A stretch of 64,000 bases of DNA from Bacteroidia bacterium (GCA_965279035.1 OZ257142.1:2784001-2848000), one strand, 5' to 3'; positions 30,033 through 40,911 are shown, counted from the stretch's first letter. Notes: a model not told the origin generated them from the sequence alone. Numbers and translations are program-made.

Positions 30033-31448
30033 TTATTTCTTCACTATTTTCTGTACTTGACGATCGCCTTTTGCATCAGTCAAAGTCAATACATAAACAC
30101 CTTGACTTAAATCAGAAGTATTCAATGTTTGAGTTGTTCCGTTGATTGAACCAGCTTGAACACGTTTGCCATCTACTGAGAAAATCGTATAGGTTTTGAA
30201 ATCTTTTCCAGCTGTGTTGATATTCACAACATCATTGAATGGATTAGGATATACACTGAAAGTGCTTGTTGCATTTTCTTCAATTCCTAAAACATATCCT
30301 GTAATCGTTTGCGGACTTTGAACGTTGATTGTGAAACCTGGTGATCTCAAACGTCCTCCAAGAATTCCATTTGAACCAACAATAATTGAATCGCAATAAG
30401 AAGCAGAACAATTACCATTGCTAATTTCTACGCATAGAACAAAGCTACCTGTGCTATCAACAACAATCGAAGGGAAAGCACCACTTGAAGTAATTGAGAA
30501 TATTCCAGAAGAAACAGTCCAAGTGAAATCTAAGTTATTTCCTGTAGATGCATTTACTACGTTCACTTCATATGGATTGTCTTGCGAAATAATAAATCCA
30601 GCATAGCAAGATGAATCAGCAGGAACTGGATTGCTTTCAGGAATAAATACACTTTGACATGAATTATCAGAGCAAGAACCATCAGCATATGTTAAACATA
30701 CATTGTATGTTCCTGAAGTAGCATATTGGTGATATGGATATACTTCGCCTGATACAGAACCATCACCAAAATCCCAAGAAAAGGTAGAAGTGTTCGCCAT
30801 TGTATAACCTGTTGGAATGAAGTATCCAACTAATGCTGAAGTAGAAGCCCAGAAATCGGCACTGCACGTTGGAGTTACTGTAGTATCTCCCGGAATAAAG
30901 ATGTCTAAACAGCTATTACAAGTAAAACCACCACCCGTAATATTCATACATACGGTATGCATACCTGGACTGTTGAATGTTTGAGAAACTTGAAATCCAG
31001 ATGTTGTAGTAGTTCCATTATCGAATGTCCAAGTTGGAGCATAATTAGCTCCTTGAACGTAAAATACATACGTATAAGGATCGGCAGGTGAAGGATCAAA
31101 TGAAATAGGACAACTTGGATTATTAGATGAATCAACCGTTACTGTTACATTTTGTGAACTTGTACAGTATAAAGATGAATCTGAATTATTGTAAATATAT
31201 AAGCTTACAACATCAACCATGGATTGGCTGTATTGATATTGAGCATAAATACCATTACTAACTACAGATCCATTGTTAAGTGTCCATTGATACGAGTAAG
31301 CCAAAGAATCAGCCGAAGGAGGATCGGCAGAGAAATAATACGTTCCGGTAGTTGAATCACCAGAGTAAGTAAAGCTGCACAAGAACTGCGCATTGAGTAA
31401 TGTGCTCGATAAAACGATGCCCATTACAAGAGTCAGGAATTTTTTCAT
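30033..31448 (-). CDS. PKD-domain protein with T9SS type A C-terminal sorting domain
   Basis: Signal peptide; WDFGDG PKD motif; VYPNPF...LSQGVYVL...KIVKK CTD. Confidence 0.9.
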   Translation of the reverse strand: MKKFLTLVMGIVLSSTLLNAQFLCSFTYSGDSTTGTYYFSADPPSADSLAYSYQWTLNNGSVVSNGIYAQYQYSQSMVDVVSLYIYNNSDSSLYCTSSQNVTVTVDSSNNPSCPISFDPSPADPYTYVFYVQGANYAPTWTFDNGTTTTSGFQVSQTFNSPGMHTVCMNITGGGFTCNSCLDIFIPGDTTVTPTCSADFWASTSALVGYFIPTGYTMANTSTFSWDFGDGSVSGEVYPYHQYATSGTYNVCLTYADGSCSDNSCQSVFIPESNPVPADSSCYAGFIISQDNPYEVNVVNASTGNNLDFTWTVSSGIFSITSSGAFPSIVVDSTGSFVLCVEISNGNCSASYCDSIIVGSNGILGGRLRSPGFTINVQSPQTITGYVLGIEENATSTFSVYPNPFNDVVNINTAGKDFKTYTIFSVDGKRVQAGSINGTTQTLNTSDLSQGVYVLTLTDAKGDRQVQKIVKK

Positions 31449-31573
31449 GTTTATAGTTTTAGACGTTTCTAAACCCAATCACGTCTTGAATTAAAAAAGG
31501 GTTTACACGCAAAACTACAAAACAATCTAACTTATCCCATTGCACTCATTTTCAGGGATATAATTTTAAAAAT

Positions 31574-34500
31574 TTATTCTGTTACCGTAACTGCACCGAT
31601 ATGATCGTTTCCGTTTCCGAGTTTGTCGTAATAGCGGATTTTACACACATACGTATCCACTGGAACGGCTTTTCCATTGATTGTTCCATCCCAGCCTTTT
31701 TCCCAACTATCGGAATAAAATACCAGATTTCCCCAACGATCGTAAATCCGCATTTCAAAACCTGTAGGTGCCATACCCGTTGATTTTGGTAAGAACACAT
31801 CATTCAATCCATCGGTATTGCCCGGTGTAAAAGCCTTTGGAATATAAAACGCTGTAAAGCCACCAATATGGACAGTTTGAATAGCATCATCCATACAACC
31901 AAATTCGTTTTGAACTTGCAAACGCACTTCGAATGTTCCAGTATCTTGATATGTAAATGCCGTATTATTCAACATCACCGAACTCTGCGAAGGATCTCCA
32001 AAGAAATACGTGTAATTAGTCGCTCCTTGACTTTGATCTACAAACTGAACCGTTGCATGTTCAATATTGGTTTCGGTTGGACTAGCAGCAAATTCGGCTT
32101 GAGGTGAAGGATGAACTTGGATAAATTCTCCCCAGGTCATTGTTGCACTACAGCCAGCATCGTCTTTAACCGATAAATTCACAGAGAAAACTCCTGGAGA
32201 ATCAAAGCATGGTACAATGTGACTTGTATTATAAAAAGATCCATCACTCAAGATCCAATTGAAACTTGTTGCAGTAGTCGATTCAGCAAAAAGCTTAGCA
32301 CAAAAAGGAGCACAACCTGATGTATCATCAGCAATAATTGTCACCTGTGGTGTTTGATTTACATGAATTACAATTGAATCTTGTGCAATACAGCCAACAG
32401 AATCCTGAACATTTACTACATACGTTGTTGTTTCTAACGGATTTGCACCAAACAAAGCTCCAGTAACACCGTGATCCCAAACATAACTGTATAAATTGTG
32501 AATGCCATTTGCACTGGCTTCAATCATGGCTTGTTCGCCTTGACAAATCAGCGTATCGCCTGTAATAGCAATGGTGAACGCAGGTTGCGATTCGAGTGTT
32601 TGTGTTAACTGTATGGTGCAGCCATTTTGATCTATCACATTGACAGTATAATCCCCCGGAGCTAAACCATCCAATTCGGGCGATTGTGAACCTGTACTCC
32701 ATTGGTAAGTGTAAAATCCAGTTCCTCCACTGGCATTCACTAAAATTTCACCGTTGTTATTTCCATTACAACCCGGTTGATGAACGTCCATGCTGGCTGT
32801 TAATACAGCAGGTTCAGTAATCACAGTCGATACCTCAACAAAGCATCCATGTGCATCGGTAATGACACAACTGTAATTTCCAGCTGGGATATTATTATTT
32901 GATGAAGTCTGAACACCATTGATCCAAGCAAAAGTATAAGGTTGAGTTCCTCCACTTACACTCAATAAGGCACGTCCGTTTGTGCCTCCATTACATGTAA
33001 CATGTTGAGGCGTTACTGTGGCCGATAATAAAGTTGGTTGTGGAATCGTAAAGTTGACAGAACCTGTGCAACCATTGCTATCAATCACGGTTAAGGTATA
33101 TGTTCCTCCACCTAAATTACTTGGAAGCGACGTTTGAGTTCCAATTCCCCATTGATATTCGTACGGTGCAGCTCCTCCTTGTATTGTCAAGAATACCTCG
33201 CCATCTTCAACCCCATAACACGAAACGGCATGAATCGAATCGACCTGTGCAGTTAATGGTGGAAATTGTTGGAGAGTAGCACTTGCTGTTTGTTGACATC
33301 CATGAGCATCAGTTACCACAACAGTATAAGTTCCTGGTTGAAGATTTCCAGCAATGGCGTCAGTTTCGGCAGGTGTGGTGTTCCATAAATAGGAATACGG
33401 TTGAGTTCCACCTGAGGCTAAAACGGTAATGGTTCCACCTGTTCCACCGCAATCGCCCGGGGTGACAACCGTTTGCAATAAGATTGGTTGAGCAGGTTGA
33501 GTAATTTCGAATGTATCGCTTAGTGCACAACCATTAGCATCGCTTACTGTAACATCGTAAAAGCCAACTGGCATATTGCTAATTTGAGCTGTTGCTGCAT
33601 TGGTTTCCCAGAGGATATTGTACGAACCTGAACCACCACTAATAGTAATTCCTAATGATCCATCGCTTCCTCCATAACATTGCACAGCGGTCATAGTATG
33701 ACTTAACACCATGCTTGCTGGTTGAGCTATCGAAAAGGTTTGGAATGCCGAACATCCTGATGCATCGGTTACGGTTACTTGATGTGAGCCAACAGTCAAT
33801 TGTGATGCACTAACACCCGATTCGCCCGATGACCAAGCAATGGAGAACGGAGCATTTCCGCCACTCACAACAGCTTGTGCCGAACCATCGGCTCCGCCAT
33901 AACAGCTTACATCACTTAAGTTTGTTACTTGAATTCCAACATTGGCTGGAGAAGCAACAATGGCTGTACGGATGATGCTGCATAGGTTTGCATCGCGTAT
34001 TTCAATGGTGTGCAATCCAGCAGTAAGGCTTGAAAAGAAAGGAGATGTTTGGAAACTTCCATTATCTAACAAATAGCTATACGGTGCTGTTCCTCCGCTT
34101 GCGCTAAAAAGTAAAGTTCCTGTTGAGCCGCTGCATGTTGAAGCCGTTTGAGTGTAGGTATAACTAATGGAATCTGGTTGAGTAATTATCGTTGATATAC
34201 TCGTTAAACAGCCCGAATTATCGGTAATGTTTGCTGTGTAATTTCCTGAAGCTTGTCCAGAAATATCTTCAGTTGTATTGCCGTTACTCCAATTGATTTG
34301 ATAGGGTTGATTTCCTCCCGAAATACTCAAATTAACTGATCCATCGGCTAGGCCATAACACGTTGCTGGACTTGAAACAACAGATGCTTGCAACTGCACA
34401 GGTTCAGTAATAACGACATTTGCAGAGGATGTGCATCCCGAAGCATCGGTCACCGTGTATGTGTATGTTCCGGCACTTAAGCCATTGATTGAATTTCCTG

Positions 34501-37500
34501 TTGCCGAATTGCTCCAACTTGTTGTATACGGTGAATTTCCACCCGAAATCGCTAAACTGATTGCCCCAGTTGATCCACCCGAACAATTGACCATGCTAGG
34601 TGTAGATTGAACTACTAACTGTGCTGGTGCACTCATCGAAATAGTACGCGATATACTGCAATTATTTTGATCGGTAATCACCACCGTGATTGTTCCTGTA
34701 CCCAAATTAGTTGCAGTTGCTCCTAAAGCACCATTGCTCCATGAATAGGTGTATAATCCGGCTCCGCCTGAAGCATTAATCGTTGCTGTACCATCGTTGG
34801 CATTATAACAACTTATAGGCGTTGTACTAACTAATGCAGTTAATGCTGTTGGTTCTGTTAAGGTGATCGATTGTCCTGCCGTGCAACCATTGGCTGCTGT
34901 AACAGTGCAAGTATACGTACCTGCTACAACATTGCTTAATGTTGAACCTGTTGCCGCATTACTCCACACATACGTATAAGGCGAAACTCCTCCATTGGCT
35001 ACAGCGACTGCCGAACCATCACTTCCTCCAAAACAACTAATTTGTGATGTTGGGGTAACGAGCAAAGTCAAACCACCTGTATTGGCAATAGATACGCTCG
35101 TATTGGCTGAACATCCACTAGCATCTGTAACTGTTACAGAATAGGATCCTGAAGATAATCCTGTAGCTGTAGCAGTTGTTTGTACTGGTGTAGTTGTCCA
35201 TGCATATGTAAATGGTCCCGTTCCTGCGCTCACTGTAACCGAAGCCGTTCCATCATTTCCTCCACAAGTTGCAGGAGTAATACTGCTGCTTAAAGTCATA
35301 CCGGCAGGTTGTGTAAGCGTTGCACTTGCATTTACACTGCAACCCGATGCATCGCTCACCGTTACTGTATAGGTTCCGGGAGAAAGATTTTGAATGTTTG
35401 CTGTGTTGCCACTATTCGACCAAGTATAAGAATAAGGTGAAGTTCCTCCGCTTGGTACTGCTGTTAATGCTCCATTGGAAGCAGCATTGCAGGTAATTGC
35501 CGTTTGATTTATAGTAGCCGACAGAGCAGCTGGTTGAGAAACTGTAACACTGGCGCTTGCTGAACATAGATTCGCATCGCTTACTGTTACCGTATAGGTT
35601 CCTGAACTCAATCCATTTACACTTGATGTTGTTGCACTATTCGACCATGCATAGGTGTAAGGCGAAGTTCCTCCCGATGCCGTTGCCGATGCTGATCCTG
35701 TTGGTAAACAAGTCGCAGGAGTTGCAGTTGCCGAAGCCGTCAAAAATGTTGGTTGAGTAATGCTCGTACTTAAAGACAATGAACATCCATTGGCATCAGT
35801 TACTGTTAAAGTATAATTTCCAGCAGCAAGGTTTGATGCTGTTGCAAGACTAGCTCCACTACTCCATGCATAACTGTAAGGACTTGTTCCTCCCGAAATA
35901 CTGGCGATTGCCGAACCATTGCTCAATCCATTACAGGTGACATTGGTTTTACTGATACTTCCCGATAAAGCACTTGGTTGAGTAATCGTTACCGAACGTG
36001 TAATTGTACATCCACGCGAATCGGTAATCGTAACACTGTGCGATCCATTACTTAAATTGCTTGCTACTGTTGATGTGGATCCATTGGTCCATAAATAAGA
36101 ATACGGAGCTGTTCCGCCACTAACACTTACCGATGCCGATCCAGTCCCACCAACACACGAAGGTGCTGCAGCAGTTGCTGTTGCTGTTAAAGCTGTTGGT
36201 TGAGTAATGACAAATGTTTGTGTACTGGTACAACCCGAAGCATCGCTTGCAGTAACTGAATAATTTCCTGCACTGAGGTTCGAAGCCGTTGCTCCACTTG
36301 CACCATTACTCCAAGAAAAAGTATAAGGCGATGTTCCTCCAGTTCCGCTCGCTGTGGCAGATCCTGTGGCAGTTCCAAAACAGCTTACATTGCTTGTATT
36401 GACTGTAACTCCAACTGATCCGGTGCTACTTACAATGACAGAGGCATTGGTAGTACATCCGCTTGCTGATGTTACTGTTACGGAGTAATTTCCTGCAGCC
36501 AAGGCGGTAGCTGTTTGCGTTGTTTGACCATTACTCCATACATAGCTATACGTACCTGCAATTGCTGGCGTAGCGGTAGCTGTTCCGTTTGAAGCGCCAC
36601 AACTGGCAATGGTAGAACCCATGCTCACATTCAATGCGGCTGGTTGGGTTAAAGTGGATGATGCCGTTTTAGTACAACCCGAAGCATCTGTTACGGTAAC
36701 TGTATACGTTGCTGGACCTAAATTGCTGATGCTTGCAGTTAATGCGCCTGTTGACCAAGAATACGAATAAGGCGATGTTCCGCCGCTGGCTGATGCTATT
36801 AATGCTCCATTGGCCGCACCATTACAAGTGATCGCTGTTGAGCTGATACTCGCAATCAACAATGCTGGTTGTGTTAATGTGGATGATGCTGTTTTTATAC
36901 ATCCTGAAGCATCGGTTACTGTTACTGTATAGGTTCCTGGTCCGAGGTTGCTGATACTTGTCGTTGTAGCTCCAGTTGACCAAGAATACGAATAAGGTGC
37001 TGTTCCGCCACTTGCTGATGCACTGAGTGCTCCACTAGCAACTCCATTACAAAGAATAGCTGTTGAGCTGATGCTGGCGACTAATAAAGTCGGTTGATTG
37101 ACTGTTACCGATTTGGTAATAGTACATCCCCGATTATCGGTCACTGTCACTGTATAATTTCCATTGCTCAATCCACTGGCAGTAGTTGTTATTGCACCAT
37201 TCGACCAGAGATAGGTATACGGACTAGTTCCACCACTTGCCGAAACCGTAGCCGAACCTGTTCCACCTAAACACGAAGGAGCGGCTGCTGTCGCTGTTGC
37301 GGCTAGTGCAGTTGTTGGTTGGGTAATGATTGCTGTTTGTGTTGTAGAACATCCCGAAGCATCACTAACAGTTACTGTATAAGTACCAGCTGCTAAATTA
37401 CTTGCTGTTGCTCCGCTAGCTCCATTACTCCATGAATAGGTATAAGGTGATGTTCCTCCTGTTCCACTTGCTGTGGCAGATCCGGTTGATCCTCCAAAAC

Positions 37501-39187
37501 AGGCAACACTATTTACTGAAGTTGTAGCGCTAAGCGATCCACTGCTTACAATGCTTACTGTTACAGTGGAAGTACATCCGCTAGATGCTGAAACAACACA
37601 GGTATAAGATCCTGCTGCTAAGCCTGTAGCTGTTTGAGTTGTTTGTCCATTACTCCATGCATATGTATACGTACCTGCTACAGCTGGAGTGGCCGTAGCT
37701 GTTCCATTGGAAGAACCACAACTGGCAAGTGTTACGCTTGTATTGACTGTAAAGCCACTTACACTTACCGTTTGAATCAAGGTGTCGTTATAACATCCCA
37801 TATTGAGAATGAGCGTCACTTGATAGTTTCCAACGGCCGAGAAAGTATGCGATGGGCTGGCGAGTGTGGAAGTATTACTTGCACCCGATGCCCCATCACC
37901 AAAATTCCAACGAGTACCTTGAATGGCACTTCCAGCTCCAGAGCATGAATTAGCTGTAGAATTTACGACAGGCGGAGTAAAACTTACATTGAGGCAATTG
38001 GCTGAATAAGTAAACGGAGGCGTAACTGGACGCACATAAAAGGAAGCGATGTTAGGCAATCCCATACTCGAAGATTTCCCAGCAAGGGAGATGGCTCCAT
38101 TCACAAAACCACATCCGGCTCCATATACGTTGGGATTGTTGATTACCGATAAGGAAGTCGTGTTCCGAGAAACATATACTTTTCCATCAGGGCCCATTTG
38201 CATAGAACCGATGAATGGTCCCAAAACTCCTACTACATATTTAGAAGCTTGTATTGCTGCTGTATTACCAGCACATAAATTAAATTGAACCAATCGTCCT
38301 CCGTTGGTTCCTCCATACGCAATACGTCCATCGGGCGAAAACTCACAGCCATAGGCGCCAATTTCGGTCGCTAAGGTTATTCCATTGCTAACAACGCCGG
38401 TGGAATTATTGAAATCGTAGAGCTCAAATTTATTGGTACCACTTCCGGCAAACCCATAATAACCAGCGAGTAGTTTATTTCCGTCTGGATTGGCTTTTAA
38501 TTGTCCGTAAGCTGATTGATTGATTCCCGTAATCACAGAACCAGTAGCACTTGTAACGGGTGTTGTATTGACACCTGTTGGTGTTACCAGCCAAGCTCTA
38601 AACCCATTGGTATTCCAGTCGTGCGAAACTATCCAGAGATCGCGGTTGTTGCAGTGACGAACAGCAGTTAATTTTTCGCAAGAAGGAGTTTGAAGAAGTA
38701 CGTTTTTAGTAGCTGTAACAGCTCCTAATCCACCCGAAAGACTCATGTTTACTTCGGAATAACGAATTCCGTTAGGACCAATATCAGCATCCGCAGTAAA
38801 AATGTAGTAGATATTCGTGCTATTAGGCTTTTGAACAATGATACCCGATTGGGTTGATGAAGCGTGTCCTGTGAGGCCTGTGCCGTTTGTCATTACTAGG
38901 TGATTCCGATTCCAAACCGAAATACCATCGGTATAAAACATGAGCAAACCTGTTGCATCCGAAATGGAAGCACAGCCTTCGGTGGTGACCATTTGGCTGT
39001 TAGTTAATGCTACGGGCGATCCAGAGGCAAACGAAACACCCGCTTTATTCCCAAAATACCAATTGAAGAAACGCTCCTGCTGACCGAAAGAATCGGTAAC
39101 AGAAACCATCAAAGCAAGCACTGCCAAAAGCAGCCCGGCTCCTTTCAGGAAGCGTTTACGTAGGTTAAGAGTATGCGTTGTGTCCAT
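31574..39187 (-). CDS. Large SprB-repeat / PKD surface protein with T9SS type B (gliding-motility-associated) CTD
   Basis: N-terminal WYFGNKAG propeller-like domain; over 20 'C.G...GGTSPYTYSWSNG...NL.AGTYTVTVTDA.GC' repeats; FYIPKAFTPGNTDGLND...IYDRWG...WDG; start chosen as ATG 39187 (39208 is an alternative). Confidence 0.92.
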   Translation of the reverse strand: MDTTHTLNLRKRFLKGAGLLLAVLALMVSVTDSFGQQERFFNWYFGNKAGVSFASGSPVALTNSQMVTTEGCASISDATGLLMFYTDGISVWNRNHLVMTNGTGLTGHASSTQSGIIVQKPNSTNIYYIFTADADIGPNGIRYSEVNMSLSGGLGAVTATKNVLLQTPSCEKLTAVRHCNNRDLWIVSHDWNTNGFRAWLVTPTGVNTTPVTSATGSVITGINQSAYGQLKANPDGNKLLAGYYGFAGSGTNKFELYDFNNSTGVVSNGITLATEIGAYGCEFSPDGRIAYGGTNGGRLVQFNLCAGNTAAIQASKYVVGVLGPFIGSMQMGPDGKVYVSRNTTSLSVINNPNVYGAGCGFVNGAISLAGKSSSMGLPNIASFYVRPVTPPFTYSANCLNVSFTPPVVNSTANSCSGAGSAIQGTRWNFGDGASGASNTSTLASPSHTFSAVGNYQVTLILNMGCYNDTLIQTVSVSGFTVNTSVTLASCGSSNGTATATPAVAGTYTYAWSNGQTTQTATGLAAGSYTCVVSASSGCTSTVTVSIVSSGSLSATTSVNSVACFGGSTGSATASGTGGTSPYTYSWSNGASGATASNLAAGTYTVTVSDASGCSTTQTAIITQPTTALAATATAAAPSCLGGTGSATVSASGGTSPYTYLWSNGAITTTASGLSNGNYTVTVTDNRGCTITKSVTVNQPTLLVASISSTAILCNGVASGALSASASGGTAPYSYSWSTGATTTSISNLGPGTYTVTVTDASGCIKTASSTLTQPALLIASISSTAITCNGAANGALIASASGGTSPYSYSWSTGALTASISNLGPATYTVTVTDASGCTKTASSTLTQPAALNVSMGSTIASCGASNGTATATPAIAGTYSYVWSNGQTTQTATALAAGNYSVTVTSASGCTTNASVIVSSTGSVGVTVNTSNVSCFGTATGSATASGTGGTSPYTFSWSNGASGATASNLSAGNYSVTASDASGCTSTQTFVITQPTALTATATAAAPSCVGGTGSASVSVSGGTAPYSYLWTNGSTSTVASNLSNGSHSVTITDSRGCTITRSVTITQPSALSGSISKTNVTCNGLSNGSAIASISGGTSPYSYAWSSGASLATASNLAAGNYTLTVTDANGCSLSLSTSITQPTFLTASATATPATCLPTGSASATASGGTSPYTYAWSNSATTSSVNGLSSGTYTVTVSDANLCSASASVTVSQPAALSATINQTAITCNAASNGALTAVPSGGTSPYSYTWSNSGNTANIQNLSPGTYTVTVSDASGCSVNASATLTQPAGMTLSSSITPATCGGNDGTASVTVSAGTGPFTYAWTTTPVQTTATATGLSSGSYSVTVTDASGCSANTSVSIANTGGLTLLVTPTSQISCFGGSDGSAVAVANGGVSPYTYVWSNAATGSTLSNVVAGTYTCTVTAANGCTAGQSITLTEPTALTALVSTTPISCYNANDGTATINASGGAGLYTYSWSNGALGATATNLGTGTITVVITDQNNCSISRTISMSAPAQLVVQSTPSMVNCSGGSTGAISLAISGGNSPYTTSWSNSATGNSINGLSAGTYTYTVTDASGCTSSANVVITEPVQLQASVVSSPATCYGLADGSVNLSISGGNQPYQINWSNGNTTEDISGQASGNYTANITDNSGCLTSISTIITQPDSISYTYTQTASTCSGSTGTLLFSASGGTAPYSYLLDNGSFQTSPFFSSLTAGLHTIEIRDANLCSIIRTAIVASPANVGIQVTNLSDVSCYGGADGSAQAVVSGGNAPFSIAWSSGESGVSASQLTVGSHQVTVTDASGCSAFQTFSIAQPASMVLSHTMTAVQCYGGSDGSLGITISGGSGSYNILWETNAATAQISNMPVGFYDVTVSDANGCALSDTFEITQPAQPILLQTVVTPGDCGGTGGTITVLASGGTQPYSYLWNTTPAETDAIAGNLQPGTYTVVVTDAHGCQQTASATLQQFPPLTAQVDSIHAVSCYGVEDGEVFLTIQGGAAPYEYQWGIGTQTSLPSNLGGGTYTLTVIDSNGCTGSVNFTIPQPTLLSATVTPQHVTCNGGTNGRALLSVSGGTQPYTFAWINGVQTSSNNNIPAGNYSCVITDAHGCFVEVSTVITEPAVLTASMDVHQPGCNGNNNGEILVNASGGTGFYTYQWSTGSQSPELDGLAPGDYTVNVIDQNGCTIQLTQTLESQPAFTIAITGDTLICQGEQAMIEASANGIHNLYSYVWDHGVTGALFGANPLETTTYVVNVQDSVGCIAQDSIVIHVNQTPQVTIIADDTSGCAPFCAKLFAESTTATSFNWILSDGSFYNTSHIVPCFDSPGVFSVNLSVKDDAGCSATMTWGEFIQVHPSPQAEFAASPTETNIEHATVQFVDQSQGATNYTYFFGDPSQSSVMLNNTAFTYQDTGTFEVRLQVQNEFGCMDDAIQTVHIGGFTAFYIPKAFTPGNTDGLNDVFLPKSTGMAPTGFEMRIYDRWGNLVFYSDSWEKGWDGTINGKAVPVDTYVCKIRYYDKLGNGNDHIGAVTVTE

Positions 39188-39350
39188 CCGGCTCACTGTA
39201 TCAAACATGAATGCTTGGTTTACGTGAAGCCTCAAATGCGAGTTATGTGATTAGCTCACAGAAAGGGAGAATTTATTACATGTGTAAGGCAGCTATCTAT
39301 ATCTCAAAACCTCTAGCCTCAATAGTATCTAGCTGCTCTAATATTCCTCT

Positions 39351-39476
39351 AGCACCCCACGATTTCAATCGTGGGATTAATGCTACACCATACCATATAA
39401 CCTCATAATGACACGAGCTGCATCATAATATCTCCAGCAACCCACGATTTCAATCGTGGGAATAATGCTACACCAT
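39351..39476. repeat. Two direct copies (85-bp period) of a REP-like palindrome
   Basis: AGCA.CCCACGATTTCAATCGTGGGA.TAATGCTACACCAT at 39351 and 39436. Confidence 0.8.
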
Positions 39477-39640
39477 TCTACCCAATCTCAATCTTATCCC
39501 CCAATGACTTATGTAAATAGTATCCCAAATTCTATAATGATTCAGAGAAGAATAGAAAGCAGCTTTGATACTTGAAATCAATCAAAAGAAGGCTTTGCAA
39601 GTTCGCCATCTAAAAATTTATAGAGAAAGCAATCAACTCC

Positions 39641-40249
39641 ATGAAAAACGTTTTAGGAATTCTATTCATTTTGAGTCTAGGAACACGTTTAATTGCTCAA
39701 ACTCCCGATTCGATTGGCACTTGCTTGAAACCTATTCCACGCAATTATCAAGTAAAGCAGGCTGTAGAAATCGAAAGTTTATTTCCCATGTTTATTACGG
39801 GTGGATATCATTTCGCTTTGGGATATCGCTATAAAAAATTCAGGTTACGTTTTAGTGTAATTAATGGTGGCACATACAACGCCGAAACAGCCGGAATAAA
39901 TAATAATTCAGCCAATTTTAAGCGTTATTACACCACTTCACCCGGAGTATTTTTGGGTTATACTATCTGGAAAAACTTGGATGTTTATTCCTATTTAGAA
40001 TTTCACACATTCCGAATAACACAGCGTAGTTCAGGTTTGCAACACGATTTAAAAAGTATTGACTCAGGTATTGGATTTAGCTATCAGTTTTTTATTGGTC
40101 GTTATTTATACATACAACCGGGATTTCATTTGTATTTAAGACAAAGCAATCATGTTGATTTTGGAAGTATACGATATACCATTCCCAATGCAGATGTTTC
40201 TCCGGTAATACGCATTGGTGTTCGACTTTGGAAGCAGTATTTGAAATGA
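39641..40249 (+). CDS. Hypothetical exported protein, probable small outer-membrane beta-barrel
   Basis: Signal peptide; alternating aromatic strands (GVFLGY, GIGFSYQF, IRIGVRLW). Confidence 0.65.
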   Translation: MKNVLGILFILSLGTRLIAQTPDSIGTCLKPIPRNYQVKQAVEIESLFPMFITGGYHFALGYRYKKFRLRFSVINGGTYNAETAGINNNSANFKRYYTTSPGVFLGYTIWKNLDVYSYLEFHTFRITQRSSGLQHDLKSIDSGIGFSYQFFIGRYLYIQPGFHLYLRQSNHVDFGSIRYTIPNADVSPVIRIGVRLWKQYLK

Positions 40250-40332
40250 TTTAGGATGAATAGTTCAATCCATTCTTGAATGTTACTCTTTGAAGAACTC
40301 TTTTCATTTAAATTATATCCAGTTAAGAATCC

Positions 40333-40911
40333 ATGAAAAAAATACTCATTATCAATGGACACCCAGATAAAGAAAGCTTTTGTTATGCATTAGCAGAAAG
40401 TTATAAAAAGGGGACAGATCATTCAGGAGCCGGATGCAAAATCATTCATTTAATTGATTTAAAATTCAATCCAATTCTAGGCTCAGGGTATAGAGAAATT
40501 ACAGATTTAGAACCGGATTTAATTCAAGCACAAAACGATATACTTGCAGCCGATCATTTAGTATTTGTGTATCCCAATTGGTGGAGCACTTATCCAGCAT
40601 TACTTAAAGGATTTATTGATCGCACGTTTCTGCCAAACTTCGCTTTTAAATACCATAAAAATGATCCCTTTTGGGATAAGCTTTTCAAAGGAAAAACAGC
40701 CCAACTTATTGTCACAATGGACACACCTCGTTGGTATTATTGGCTTATGAATCGACGACCCGGACACAATTCAATGAGATTGGGAATACTCGAATTTTGT
40801 GGTATTAAACCAGTGAAGATTAAATCGTTTGGACCAATAAAATCATCCAACGAATCGCAACGGAAACGCTGGTTAACGGAAGTGGAAAAAATGGGGAGTT
40901 CTGTTGGTTAA
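40333..40911 (+). CDS. Flavodoxin-like NAD(P)H-dependent oxidoreductase
   Basis: IINGHP and VFVYPNWWSTYPALLKGFIDR. Confidence 0.9.
   Translation: MKKILIINGHPDKESFCYALAESYKKGTDHSGAGCKIIHLIDLKFNPILGSGYREITDLEPDLIQAQNDILAADHLVFVYPNWWSTYPALLKGFIDRTFLPNFAFKYHKNDPFWDKLFKGKTAQLIVTMDTPRWYYWLMNRRPGHNSMRLGILEFCGIKPVKIKSFGPIKSSNESQRKRWLTEVEKMGSSVG

Noticed and set aside
39351-39476. Possible mini CRISPR array
   Set aside because: Only two copies, similarity extends into the flanks (tandem duplication), and no cas genes are present
39211-39834. ORFs 39211-39408 and 39565-39834
   Set aside because: Weak starts; they run through REP-like sequence or overlap the better-supported 39641 ORF
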